The notes under the pieces were generated by a model. The model saw nothing but the letters and a program-made list of their open reading frames with translations. It had not been told where the DNA came from and did no database searches. This document shows positions 23,048-37,741 of a DNA stretch of 64,000 nt, piece after piece. Position 1 is the stretch's first letter, and each line of letters begins with the position of its first letter. Origin of the DNA: Haliotis cracherodii (lineage: Eukaryota); assembly GCF_022045235.1 (NCBI RefSeq), contig NW_027266279.1:3410001-3474000 (forward strand). Reading direction: 5' to 3'. The position numbers and the translations under genes are program-made.

Positions 23048-24874
23048 CTTCACAGTTACGTCTATCCACAGTAGAATAAACGGTGTGAATGACCATATAG
23101 CAAATACACAAGGCCTTTTATACAAATGGATAAGGAAATCAGGACACTATGAATCGAAATACTCCCAATGGAGAAAGAAAGAGAACAAGTTCTATTTTGA
23201 ATTTTTCCTTAACATGTATTTGTAAACTAACACCAGATTATATAATATCACCTTGGCATTGGAGAGTTTCATTCTTTATTATTTACGTCTTCCTGAATAA
23301 CCATCAAAACCTGCTGTGCATTTGTTACGTAAGGTGGCGCCCCTTGGATGTTTCTCTGTTGGATTAAATGCAAGGTGCACTGACTCATCCAATGAATTCA
23401 AAGCAAATATGACATACAAAAAAATGAATGGACAGATGTCTATAAAATGCAAGAACAATGATTAGCTGTTAATATCCTGTTACTATAGGTTTCGTTATGC
23501 AGTTTCTTGGTCAAATCAATGACTATTGTAAAAGACGTATATCTGAAATGAGCAAACAGTAGATACTGCATGCTTTTCATTTGATGAAAATACACCGATA
23601 TTTATGGAATTACAACACGTACTACATGCCTCCATCGCCTTATATGCTGCTCGTAGCACCACACATACACATACTGTAAGTAATATCTACTCAATAATGG
23701 ACACAGAAGTGACCGTGCAGCCACTTATACACGAGATATTTACACCTTTCTGAGAAGCGTAGGGATACAATAGGGCTACAGTCTGAAAGCAGAATATTAG
23801 ACCGCTCCATGTCACACATCTGAGTTGCTTTGTTCAAAGCAGTTAAAAGAAAGCTAGACAATTAATTCAACTATTGTAGTCTGCATGTTTAAAATATTTC
23901 TTTGAGCTCTTTCCACACGATCGAAATCGCGTACCAATATATGCTGACCGCTGTAACCTGTAAGGAGCATACTATCTCCATTTGACTCAGCAATACAGTA
24001 AACTAAATGTAATGTCAACGGTATTACATTTAAGAAGGAGTGCTAAATGACATCCTATTATGGTGTGCGGATAGTGTATCAATGCAGTTAGCACACTGAT
24101 AGTCAAATGGACAGGTGTGAAGTTAATTAGGTATGGTATATTGCTACTTTAATACTATTGTAATTCTCCACAAGGTCAAAACTGCTAAAATGCAGAAACG
24201 TCTAAAAGTGGACAAGAACAAGGTAGATGTGAAGCATTTGGGGACGATTATGTAGGGTTGAAAATTCTTTAAATCTTGAGACAAAACATATTAGAGGGGA
24301 AGAGTTCTGTTTTTGACGCATACACAGTGAAGACAAAATGTTGAAATACATTAAAAGCAAAATGTTCTCATAGGATAGATATAAAGGTATTTTGCAATTA
24401 TCAACGGAATCTGTTAAGCTAATTCTAGAGACGATGTGTATGATTTCACTACAGGAAACTGATATATACCATGTATTTACAATTCTCTTTCCGACAACAC
24501 AGTCAAGTCAAGAAGTGAATTATTTGCAATGTTTAATTGTAAATTACCTTTTGTATTAGGAGGATTCATATGCCAACAATGGTACTAAAACTAACTCTCG
24601 CTGTGCAGCTGTTTTTGTAATCAACAGGATACGGTTCTCTGTATGTGCATTTGTATTATACATCATGTACCACATAGGAGATATGTGTTTCTTCTTTAAA
24701 TTTGCAGGTAAGCAGTAAGTAGATACAAAGTCGAAAAGACATATTCATTTCATGGTTTTATTTGAAGTCGTTTCTCAAAGTTGGCATTGAATAGTGTGGT
24801 GTAGCCAACGAGGCTATGACAACGATGACATCAAATGTCCAACATTTGATAGAAATGTGAAGAGCCTGTTGAGT

Positions 24875-25485
24875 TTAACCATGGTGGCCACCGCCTCCAT
24901 GGCCACCTCCTCCATGGCCGCCGCCGCCGCCGCCACCATGACCACCTCCGTGGCCGCCACCTCCATGTCCGCCGCCACCATGACCCCCACCACCTTTGCC
25001 GCCTCCTCCGTGGCCGCCACCCCCTTTGCCACCGCCTCCTTTTCCGCCACCTCCTCCGTGGCCGCCACCTCCTTTGCCACCGCCTCCTTTGCCACCACCT
25101 CCTTTGCCACCGCCTCCTTTGCCACCGCCTCCTTTGCCACCGCCTCCCTTTCCACCGCCTCCATGTCCTCCTCCGCTTCCTTTGCCGCCACCCCCTCCGT
25201 GGCCACCATAGGCAGAGCCAAAGAAGGCTGTGAACACTAGAAAGGAGAACAGTGCATCTGTAGTTAAATGTCTTTAAAGAACAACGCAAGAATATAGTTT
25301 TCAACCTCATAATGTTGCCAATTACCTTTTGTACGCTCTTTAAGTCACGTTGTTGTAGAAAATACGCAATGAATTAAAAGATAAGTGAATTTATCAGTCC
25401 ACATTTCAATAGAACTCACACAGCTCACGTTTGAAAGGTTGAACTTACCCAAGGCCACAACGAGTGCAATTTTATAGAGCTGCAT
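24875..25485 (-). CDS. GKH-rich protein copy 5, 132 aa, one G>S
   Basis: Exons 25485-25449 and 25236-24875. Confidence 0.9.
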
Positions 25486-27312
25486 CTTCACAGTTACGTC
25501 TATCCACAGTAGAATAAACGGTGTGAATGACCATATAGCAAATACACAAGGCCTTTTATACAAATGGATAAGGAAATCAGGACACTATGAATCGAAATAC
25601 TCCCAATGGAGAAAGAAAGAGAACAAGTTCTATTTTGACTTTTTCCTTAACATGTATTTGTAAACTAACACCAGATTATATAATATCACCTTGGCATTGG
25701 AGAGTTTCATTCTTTATTATTTACGTCTTCCTGAATAACCATCAAAACCTGCTGTGCATTTGTTACGTAAGGTGGCGCCCCTTGGATGTTTCTCTGTTGG
25801 ATTAAATGCAAGGTGCACTGACTCATCCAATGAATTCAAAGCAAATATGACATACAAAAAAATGAATGGACAGATGTCTATAAAATGCAAGAACAATGAT
25901 TAGCTGTTAATATCCTGTTACTATAGGTTTCGTTATGCAGTTTCTTGGTCCCATCAATGACTATTGTAAAAGACGTATATCTGAAATGAGCAAACAGTAG
26001 ATACTGCATGCTTTTCATTTGATGAAAATACACCGATATTTATGGAATTACAACACGTACTACATGCCTCCATCGCCTTATATGCTGCTCGTAGCACCAC
26101 ACATACACACACTGTAAGTAATATCTACTCAATAATGGACACAGAAGTGACCGTGCAGCCACTTATACACGAGATATTTACACCTTTCTGAGAAGCGTAG
26201 GGATACAATAGGGCTACAGTCTGAAAGCAGAATATTAGACCGCTCCATGTCACACATCTGAGTTGCTTTGTTCAAAGCAGTTAAAAGAAAGCTAGACAAT
26301 TAATTCAACTATTGTAGTCTGCATGTTTAAAATATTTCTTTGAGCTCTTTCCACACGATCGAAATCGCGTACCAATATATGCTGACCGCTGTAACCTGTA
26401 AGGAGCATACTATCTCCATTTGACTCAGCAATACAGTAAACTAAATGTAATGTCAACGGTATTACATTTAAGAAGGAGTGCTAAATGACATCCTATTATG
26501 GTGTGCGGATAGTGTATCAATGCAGTTAGCACACTGATAGTCAAATGGACAGGTGTGAAGTTAATTAGGTATGGTATATTGCTACTTTAATACTATTGTA
26601 ATTCTCCACAAGGTCAAAACTGCTAAAATGCAGAAACGTCTAAAAGTGGACAAGAACAAGGTAGATGTGAAGCATTTGGGGACGATTATGTAGGGTTGAA
26701 AATTCTTTAAATCTTGAGACAAAACATATTAGAGGGGAAGAGTTCTGTTTTTGACGCATACACAGTGAAGACAAAATGTTGAACTACATTAAAAGCAAAA
26801 TGTTCTCATAGGATAGATATAAAGGTATTTTGCAATTATCAACGGAATCTGTTAAGCTAATTCTAGAGACGATGTGTATGATTTCACTACAGGAAACTGA
26901 TATATACCATGTATTTACAATTCTCTTTCCGACAACACAGTCAAGTCAAGAAGTGAATTATTTGCAATGTTTAATTGTAAATTACCTTTTGTATTAGGAG
27001 GATTCATATGCCAACAATGGTACTAAAACTAACTCTCGCTGTGCAGCTGTTTTTGTAATCAACAGGATACGGTTCTCTGTATGTGCGTTTGTATTATACA
27101 TCATGTACCACATAGGAGATATGTGTTTCTTCTTTAAATTTGCAGGTAAGCAGTAAGTAGATACAAAGTCGAAAAGACATATTCATTTCATGGTTTTATT
27201 TGAAGTCGTTTCTCAAAGTTGGCATTGAATAGTGTGGTGTAGCCAACGAGGCTATGACAACGATGACATCAAATGTCCAACATTTGATAGAAATGTGAAG
27301 AGCCTGTTGAGT

Positions 27313-27924
27313 TTAACCATGGTGGCCACCGCCTCCATGGCCACCTCCTCCATGGCCGCCGCCGCCGCCGCCACCATGACCACCTCCGTGGCCGCCACCT
27401 CCATGTCCGCCGCCACCATGACCCCCACCACCTTTGCCGCCTCCTCCGTGGCCGCCACCCCCCTTTGCCACCGCCTCCTTTTCCGCCACCTCCTCCGTGG
27501 CCGCCACCTCCTTTGCCACCGCCTCCTTTGCCACCACCTCCTTTGCCACCGCCTCCTTTGCCACCGCCTCCTTTGCCACCGCCTCCCTTTCCACCGCCTC
27601 CATGTCCTCCTCCGCCTCCTTTGCCGCCACCCCCTCCGTGGCCACCATAGGCAGAGCCAAAGAAGGCTGTGAACACTAGAAAGGAGAACAGTGCATCTGT
27701 AGTTAAATGTCTTTAAAGAACAACGCAAGAATATAGTTTTCAACCTCATAATGTTGCCAATTACCTTTTGTACGCTCTTTAAGTCACGTTGTTGTAGAAA
27801 ATACGCAATGAATTAAAAGATAAGTGAATTTATCAGTCCACATTTCAATAGAACTCACACAGCTCACGTTTGAAAGGTTGAACTTACCCAAGGCCACAAC
27901 GAGTGCAATTTTATAGAGCTGCAT
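27313..27924 (-). pseudogene. GKH-rich copy 6 with +1 frameshift (C6 at 27458-27463)
   Basis: Gly/Lys N-terminal half, then an Arg/Trp-rich frame to the stop at 27269. Confidence 0.6.
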
Positions 27925-29749
27925 CTTCACAGTTACGTCTATCCACAGTAGAATAAACGGTGTGAATGACCATATAGCAAATACACAAGGCCTTTTATAC
28001 AAATGGATAAGGAAATCAGGACACTATGAATCGAAATACTCCCAATGGAGAAAGAAAGAGAACAAGTTCTATTTTGACTTTTTCCTTAACATGTATTTGT
28101 AAACTAACACCAGATTATATAATATCACCTTGGCATTGGAGAGTTTCATTCTTTATTATTTACGTCTTCCTGAATAACCATCAAAACCTGCTGTGCATTT
28201 GTTACGTAAGGTGGCGCCCCTTGGATGTTTCTCTGTTGGATTAAATGCAAGGTGCACTGACTCATCCAATGAATTCAAAGCAAATATGACATACAAAAAA
28301 ATGAATGGACAGATGTCTATAAAATGCAAGAACAATGATTAGCTGTTAATATCCTGTTACTATAGGTTTCGTTATGCAGTTTCTTGGTCCCATCAATGAC
28401 TATTGTAAAAGACGTATATCTGAAATGAGCAAACAGTAGATACTGCATGCTTTTCATTTGATGAAAATACACCGATATTTATGGAATTACAACACGTACT
28501 ACATGCCTCCATCGCCTTATATGCTGCTCGTAGCACCACACATACACACACTGTAAGTAATATCTACTCAATAATGGACACAGAAGTGACCGTGCAGCCA
28601 CTTATACACGAGATATTTACACCTTTCTGAGAAGCGTAGGGATACAATAGGGCTACAGTCTGAAAGCAGAATATGAGACCGCTCCATGTCACACATCTGA
28701 GTTGCTTTGTTCAAAGCAGTTAAAAGAAAGCTAGACAATTAATTCAACTATTGTAGTCTGCATGTTTAAAATATTTCTTTGAGCTCTTTCCACACGATCG
28801 AAATCGCGTACCAATATATGCTGACCGCTGTAACCTGTAAGGAGCATACTATCTCCATTTGACTCAGCAATACAGTAAACTAAATGTAATGTCAACGGTA
28901 TTACATTTAAGAAGGAGTGCTAAATGACATCCTATTATGGTGTGCGGATAGTGTATCAATGCAGTTAGCACACTGATAGTCAAATGGACAGGTGTGAAGT
29001 TAATTAGGTATGGTATATTGCTACTTTAATACTATTGTAATTCTCCACAAGGTCAAAACTGCTAAAATGCAGAAACGTCTAAAAGTGGACAAGAACAAGG
29101 TAGATGTGAAGCATTTGGGGACGATTATGTAGGGTTGAAAATTCTTTAAATCTTGAGACAAAACATATTAGAGGGGAAGAGTTCTGTTTTTGACGCATAC
29201 ACAGTGAAGACAAAATGTTGAAGTACATTAAAAGCAAAATGTTCTCATAGGATAGATATACAGGTATTTTGCAATTATCAACGGAATCTGTTAAGCTAAT
29301 TCTAGAGACGATGTGTATGATTTCACTACATGAAACTGATATATACCATGTATTTACAATTCTCTTTCCGACAACACAGTCAAGTCAAGAAGTGAATTAT
29401 TTGCAATGTTTAATTGTAAATTACCTTTTGTATTAGGAGGATTCATATGCCAACAATGGTACTAAAACTAACTCTCGCTGCAGCTGTTTTTGTAATAAAC
29501 AGGATACGGTTCTCTGTATGTGCGTTTGTATTATACATCATGTACCACATAGGAGATATGTGTTTCTTCTTTAAATTTGCAGGTAAGCAGTAAGTAGATA
29601 CAAAGTCGAAAAGACATATTCATTTCATGGTTTTATTTGAAGTCGTTTCTCAAAGTTGGCATTGAATAGTGTGGTGTAGCCAACGAGGCTATGACAACGA
29701 TGACATCAAATGTCCAACATTTGATAGAAATGTGAAGAGCCTGTTGAGT

Positions 29750-30378
29750 TTAACCATGGTGGCCACCGCCTCCATGGCCACCTCCTCCATGGCCGCCGCC
29801 ACCGTGACCACCGCCGCCGCCGCCGCCACCATGACCACCTCCGTGGCCGCCACCTCCATGTCCGCCGCCACCATGACCCCCACCACCTTTGCCGCCTCCT
29901 CCGTGGCCGCCACCCCCTTTGCCACCGCCTCCTTTTCCGCCACCTCCTCCGTGGCCGCCACCTCCTTTGCCACCGCCTCCTTTGCCACCACCTCCTTTGC
30001 CACCGCCTCCTTTGCCACCGCCTCCTTTGCCACCGCCTCCCTTTCCACCGCCTCCATGTCCTCCTCCGCCTCCTTTGCCGCCACCCCCTCCGTGGCCACC
30101 ATAGGCAGAGCCAAAGAAGGCTGTGAACACTAGAAAGGAGAACAGTGCATCTGTAGTTAAATGTCTTTAAAGAACAACGCAAGAATATAGTTTTCAACCT
30201 CATAATGTTGCCAATTACCTTTTGTACGCTCTTTAAGTCACGTTGTTGTAGAAAATACGCAATGAATTAAAAGATAAGTGAATTTATCAGTCCACATTTC
30301 AATAGAACTCACACAGCTCACGTTTGAAAGGTTGAACTTACCCAAGGCCACAACGAGTGCAATTTTATAGAGCTGCAT
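29750..30378 (-). CDS. GKH-rich protein copy 7, 138 aa
   Basis: Exons 30378-30342 and 30129-29750. Confidence 0.9.
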
Positions 30379-32203
30379 CTTCACAGTTACGTCTATCCAC
30401 AGTAGAATAAACGGTGTGAATGACCATATAGCAAATACACAAGGCCTTTTATACAAATGGATAAGGAAATCAGGACACTATGAATCGAAATACTCCCAAT
30501 GGAGAAAGAAAGAGAACAAGTTCTATTTTGACTTTTTCCTTAACATGTATTTGTAAACTAACACCAGATTATATTATATCACCTTGGCATTGGAGAGTTT
30601 CATTCTTTATTATTTACGTCTTCCTGAATAACCATCAAAACCTGCTGTGCATTTGTTACGTAAGGTGGCGCCCCTTGGATGTTTCTCTGTTGGATTAAAT
30701 GCAAGGTGCACTGACTCATCCAATGAATTCAAAGCAAATATGACATACAAAAAAATGAATGGACAGATGTCTATAAAATGCAAGAACAATGATTAGCTGT
30801 TAATATCCTGTTACTATAGGTTTCGTTATGCAGTTTCTTGGTCCCATCAATGACTATTGTAAAAGACGTATATCTGAAATGAGCAAACAGTAGATACTGC
30901 ATGCTTTTCATTTGATGAAAATACACCGATATTTATGGAATTACAACACGTACTACATGCCTCCATCGCCTTATATGCTGCTCGTAGCACCACACATACA
31001 CACACTGCAAGTAATATCTACTCAACAATGGACACAGAAGTGACCGTGTAGCCACTTATACACGAGATATTTACACCTTTCTGAGAAGCGTAGGGATACA
31101 ATAGGGCTACAGTCTGAAAGCAGAATATTAGACCGCTCCATGTCACACATCTGAGTTGCTTTGTTCAAAGCAGTTAAAAGAAAGCTAGACAATTAATTCA
31201 ACTATTGTAGTCTGCATGTTTAAAATATTTCTTTGAGCTCTTTCCACACGATCGAAATCGCGTACCAATATATGCTGACCGCTGTAACCTGTAAGGAGCA
31301 TACTATCTCCATTTGACTCAGCAATACAGTAAACTAAATGTAATGTCAACGGTATTACATTTAAGAAGGAGTGCTAAATGACATCCTATTATGGTGTGCG
31401 GATAGTGTATCAATGCAGTTAGCACACTGATAGTCAAATGGACAGGTGTGAAGTTAATTAGGTATGGTATATTGCTACTTTAATACTATTGTAATTCTCC
31501 ACAAGGTCAAAACTGCTAAAATGCAGAAACGTCTAAAAGTGGACAAGAACAAGGTAGATGTGAAGCATTTGGGGACGATTATGTAGGGTTGAAAATTCTT
31601 TAAATCTTGAGACAAAACATATTAGAGGGGAAGAGTTCTGTTTTTGACGCATACACAGTGAAGACAAAATGTTGAAATACATTAAAAGCAAAATGTTCTC
31701 ATAGGATAGATATAAAGGTATTTTGCAATTATCAACGGAATCTGTTAAGCTAATTCTAGAGACGATGTGTATGATTTCACTACAGGAAACTGATATATAC
31801 CATGTATTTACAATTCTCTTTCCGACAACACAGTCAAGTCAAGAAGTGAATTATTTGCAATGTTTAATTGTAAATTACCTTTTGTATTAAGAGGATTCAT
31901 ATGCCAACAATGGTACTAAAACTAACTCTCGCTGCAGCTGTTTTTGTAATCAACAGGATACGGTTCTCTGTATGTGCGTTTGTATTATACATCATGTACC
32001 ACATAGGAGATATGTGTTTCTTCTTTAAATTTGCAGGTAAGCAGTAAGTAGATACAAAGTCGAAAAGACATATTCATTTCATGGTTTTATTTGAAGTCGT
32101 TTCTCAAAGTTGGCATTGAATAGTGTGGTGTAGCCAACGAGGCTATGACAACGATGACATCAAATGTCCAACATTTGATAGAAATGTGAAGAGCCTGTTG
32201 AGT

Positions 32204-32832
32204 TTAACCATGGTGGCCACCGCCTCCATGGCCACCTCCTCCATGGCCGCCGCCACCGTGACCACCGCCGCCGCCGCCGCCACCATGACCACCTCCGTGG
32301 CCGCCACCTCCATGTCCGCCGCCACCATGACCCCCACCACCTTTGCCGCCTCCTCCGTGGCCGCCACCCCCTTTGCCACCGCCTCCTTTTCCGCCACCTC
32401 CTCCGTGGCCGCCACCTCCTTTGCCACCGCCTCCTTTGCCACCATCTCCTTTGCCACCGCCTCCTTTGCCACCGCCTCCTTTGCCACCGCCTCCCTTTCC
32501 ACCGCCTCCATGTCCTCCTCCGCCTCCTTTGCCGCCACCCCCTCCGTGGCCACCATAGGCAGAGCCAAAGAAGGCTGTGAACACTAGAAAGGAGAACAGT
32601 GCATCTGTAGTTAAATGTCTTTAAAGAACAACGCAAGAATATAGTTTTCAACCTCATAATGTTGCCAATTACCTTTTGTACGCTCTTTAAGTCACGTTGT
32701 TGTAGAAAATACGCAATGAATTAAAAGATAAGTGAATTTATCAGTCCACATTTCAATAGAACTCACACAGCTCACGTTTGAAAGGTTGAACTTACCCAAG
32801 GCCACAACGAGTGCAATTTTATAGAGCTGCAT
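32204..32832 (-). CDS. GKH-rich protein copy 8, 138 aa, one G>D
   Basis: Exons 32832-32796 and 32583-32204. Confidence 0.9.
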
Positions 32833-34657
32833 CTTCACAGTTACGTCTATCCACAGTAGAATAAACGGTGTGAATGACCATATAGCAAATACACAAGGCC
32901 TTTTATACAAATGGATAAGGAAATCAGGACACTATGAATCGAAATACTCCCAATGGAGAAAGAAAGAGAACAAGTTCTATTTTGACTTTTTCCTTAACTT
33001 GTATTTGTAAACTAACACCAGATTATATTATATCACCTTGGCATTGGAGAGTTTCATTCTATATTATTTACGTCTTCCTGAATAACCATCAAAACATGCT
33101 GTGCATTTGTTACGTAAGGTGGCGCCCCTTGGATGTTTCTCTGTTGGATTAAATGCAAGGTGCACTGACTCATCCAATGAATTCAAAGCAAATATGACAT
33201 ACAAAAAAATGAATGGACAGATGTCTATAAAATGCAAGAACAATGATTAGCTGTTAATATCCTGTTACTATAGGTTTCGTTATGCAGTTTCTTGGTCCCA
33301 TCAATGACTATTGTAAAAGACGTATATCTGAAATGAGCAAACAGTAGATACTGCATGCTTTTCATTTGATGAAAATACACCGATATTTATGGAATTACAA
33401 CACGTACTACATGCCTCCATCGCCTTATATGCTGCTCGTAGCACCACACATACACATACTGTAAGTAATATCTACTCAATAATGGACACAGAAGTGACCG
33501 TGCAGCCACTTATACACGAGATATTTACACCTTTCTGAGAAGCGTAGGGATACAATAGGGCTACAGTCTGAAAGCAGAATATGAGACCGCTCCATGTCAC
33601 ACATCTGAGTTGCTTTGTTCAAAGCAGTTAAAAGAAAGCTAGACAATTAATTCAACTATTGTAGTCTGCATGTTTAAAATATTTCTTTGAGCTCTTTCCA
33701 CACGATCGAAATCGCGTACCAATATATGCTGACCGCTGTAACCTGTAAGGAGCATACTATCTCCATTTGACTCAGCAATACAGTAAACTAAATGTAATGT
33801 CAACGGTATTACATTTAAGAAGGAGTGCTAAATGACATCCTATTATGGTGTGCGGATAGTGTATCAATGCAGTTAGCACACTGATAGTCAAATGGACAGG
33901 TGTGAAGTTAATTAGGTATGGTATGTTGCTACTTTAATACTATTGTAATTCTCTACAAGGTCAAAACTGCTAAAATGCAGAAACGTCTAAAAGTGGACAA
34001 GAACAAGGTAGATGTGAAGCATTTGGGGACGATTAGGTAGGGTTGAAAATTCTTTAAATTTTGAGACAAAACATATTAGAGGGGAAGAGTTCTGTTTTTG
34101 ACGCATACACAGTGAAGACAAAATGTTGAAATACATTAAAAGCAAAATGTTCTCATAGGATAGATATAAAGGTATTTTGCAATTATCAACGGAATCTGTT
34201 AAGCTAATTCTAGAGACGATGTGTATGATTTCACTACATGAAACTGATATATACCATGTATTTACAATTCTCTTTCCGACAACACAGTCAAGTCAAGAAG
34301 TGAATTATTTGCAATGTTTAATTGTAAATTACCTTTTGTATTAGGAGGATTCATATGCCAACAATGGTACTAAAACTAACTCTCGCTGCAGCTGTTTTTG
34401 TAATAAACAGGATACGGTTCTCCGTATGTGCGTTTGTATTATACATCATGTACCACATAGGAGATATGTGTTTCTTCTTTAAATTTGCAGGTAAGCAGTA
34501 AGTAGATACAAAGTCGAAAAGACATATTCATTTCATGGTTTTATTTGAAGTCGTTTCTCAAAGTTGGCATTGAATAGTGTGGTGTAGCCAACGAGGCTAT
34601 GACAACGATGACATCAAATGTCCAACATTTGATAGAAATGTGAAGAGCCTGTTGAGT

Positions 34658-35287
34658 TTAACCATGGTGGCCACCGCCTCCATGGCCACCTCCTCCATGG
34701 CCGCCGCCACCGTGACCACCGCCGCCGCCGCCGCCACCATGACCACCTCCGTGGCCGCCACCTCCATGTCCGCCGCCACCATGACCCCCACCACCTTTGC
34801 CGCCTCCTCCGTGGCCGCCACCCCCCTTTGCCACCGCCTCCTTTTCCGCCACCTCCTCCGTGGCCGCCACCTCCTTTGCCACCGCCTCCTTTGCCACCAC
34901 CTCCTTTGCCACCGCCTCCTTTGCCACCGCCTCCTTTGCCACCGCCTCCCTTTCCACCGCCTCCATGTCCTCCTCCGCCTCCTTTGCCGCCACCCCCTCC
35001 GTGGCCACCATAGGCAGAGCCAAAGAAGGCTGTGAACACTAGAAAGGAGAACAGTGCATCTGTAGTTAAATGTCTTTAAAGAACAACGCAAGAATATAGT
35101 TTTCAACCTCATAATGTTGCCAATTACCTTTTGTACGCTCTTTAAGTCACGTTGTTGTAGAAAATACGCAATGAATTAAAAGATAAGTGAATTTATCAGT
35201 CCACATTTCAATAGAACTCACACAGCTCACGTTTGAAAGGTTGAACTTACCCAAGGCCACAACGAGTGCAATTTTATAGAGCTGCAT
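34658..35287 (-). pseudogene. GKH-rich copy 9 with +1 frameshift (C6 at 34821-34826, same site as copy 6)
   Basis: Gly/Lys N-terminal half, then an Arg/Trp-rich frame to the stop at 34614. Confidence 0.6.
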
Positions 35288-37112
35288 CTTCACAGTTACG
35301 TCTATCCACAGTAGAATAAACGGTGTGAATGACCATATAGCAAATACACAAGGCCTTTTATACAAATGGATAAGGAAATCAGGACACTATGAATCGAAAT
35401 ACTCCCAATGGAGAAAGAAAGAGAACAAGTTCTATTTTGACTTTTTCCTTAACATGTATTTGTAAACTAACACCAGATTATATAATATCACCTTGGCATT
35501 GGAGAGTTTCATTCTTTATTATTTACGTCTTCCTGAATAACCATCAAAACCTGCTGTGCATTTGTTACGTAAGGTGGCGCCCCTTGGATGTTTCTCTGTT
35601 GGATTAAATGCAAGGTGCACTGACTCATCCAATGAATTCAAAGCAAATATGACATACAAAAAAATGAATGGACAGATGTCTATAAAATGCAAGAACAATG
35701 ATTAGCTGTTAATATCCTGTTACTATAGGTTTCGTTATGCAGTTTCTTGGTCCCATCAATGACTATTGTAAAAGACGTATATCTGAAATGAGCAAACAGT
35801 AGATACTGCATGCTTTTCATTTGATGAAAATACACCGATATTTATGGAATTACAACACGTACTACATGCCTCCATCGCCTTATATGCTGCTCGTAGCACC
35901 ACACATACACACACTGCAAGTAATATCTACTCAATAATGGACACAGAAGTGACCGTGTAGCCACTTATACACGAGATATTTACACCTTTCTGAGAAGCGT
36001 AGGGATACAATAGGGCTACAGTCTGAAAGCAGAATATGAGACCGCTCCATGTCACACATCTGAGTTGCTTTGTTCAAAGCAGTTAAAAGAAAGCTAGACA
36101 ATTAATTCAACTATTGTAGTCTGCATGTTTAAAATATTTCTTTGAGCTCTTTCCACACGATCGAAATCGCGTACCAATATATGCTGACCGCTGTAACCTG
36201 TAAGGAGCATACTATCTCCATTTGACTCAGCAATACAGTAAACTAAATGTAATGTCAACGGTATTACATTTAAGAAGGAGTGCTAAATGACATCCTATTA
36301 TGGTGTGCGGATAGTGTATCAATGCAGTTAGCACACTGATAGTCAAATGGACAGGTGTGAAGTTAATTAGGTATGGTATATTGCTACTTTAATACTATTG
36401 TAATTCTCCACAAGGTCAAAACTGCTAAAATGCAGAAACGTCTAAAAGTGGACAAGAACAAGGTAGATGTGAAGCATTTGGGGACGATTATGTAGGGTTG
36501 AAAATTCTTTAAATCTTGAGACAAAACATATTAGAGGGGAAGAGTTCTGTTTTTGACGCATACACAGTGAAGACAAAATGTTGAAATACATTAAAAGCAA
36601 AATGTTCTCATGGCTTAGATATAAAGGTATTTTGCAATTATCAACGGAATCTGTTAAGCTAATTCTAGAGACGATGTGTATGATTTCACTACATGAAACT
36701 GATATATACCATGTATTTACAATTCTCTTTCCGACAACACAGTCAAGTCAAGAAGTGAATTATTTGCAATGTTTAATTGTAAATTACCTTTTGTATTAGG
36801 AGGATTCATATGCCAACAATGGTACTAAAACTAACTCTCGCTGCAGCTGTTTTTGTAATAAACAGGATACGGTTCTCTGTATGTGCGTTTGTATTATACA
36901 TCATGTACCACATAGGAGATATGTGTTTCTTCTTTAAATTTGCAGGTAAGCAGTAAGTAGATACAAAGTCGAAAAGACATATTCATTTCATGGTTTTATT
37001 TGAAGTCGTTTCTCAAAGTTGGCATTGAATAGTGTGGTGTAGCCAACGAGGCTATGACAACGATGACATCAAATGTCCAACATTTGATAGAAATGTGAAG
37101 AGCCTGTTGAGT

Positions 37113-37741
37113 TTAACCATGGTGGCCACCGCCTCCATGGCCACCTCCTCCATGGCCGCCGCCACCGTGACCACCGCCGCCGCCGCCGCCACCATGACCA
37201 CCTCCGTGGCCGCCACCTCCATGTCCGCCGCCACCATGACCCCCACCACCTTTGCCGCCTCCTCCGTGGCCGCCACCCCCTTTGCCACCGCCTCCTTTTC
37301 CGCCACCTCCTCCGTGGCCGCCACCTCCTTTGCCACCGCCTCCTTTGCCACCACCTCCTTTGCCACCGCCTCCTTTGCCACCGCCTCCTTTGCCACCGCC
37401 TCCCTTTCCACCGCCTCCATGTCCTCCTCCGCCTCCTTTGCCGCCACCCCCTCCGTGGCCACCATAGGCAGAGCCAAAGAAGGCTGTGAACACTAGAAAG
37501 GAGAACAGTGCATCTGTAGTTAAATGTCTTTAAAGAACAACGCAAGAATATAGTTTTCAACCTCATAATGTTGCCAATTACCTTTTGTACGCTCTTTAAG
37601 TCACGTTGTTGTAGAAAATACGCAATGAATTAAAAGATAAGTGAATTTATCAGTCCACATTTCAATAGAACTCACACAGCTCACGTTTGAAAGGTTGAAC
37701 TTACCCAAGGCCACAACGAGTGCAATTTTATAGAGCTGCAT
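37113..37741 (-). CDS. GKH-rich protein copy 10, 138 aa
   Basis: Same two-exon structure, intact. Confidence 0.9.
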
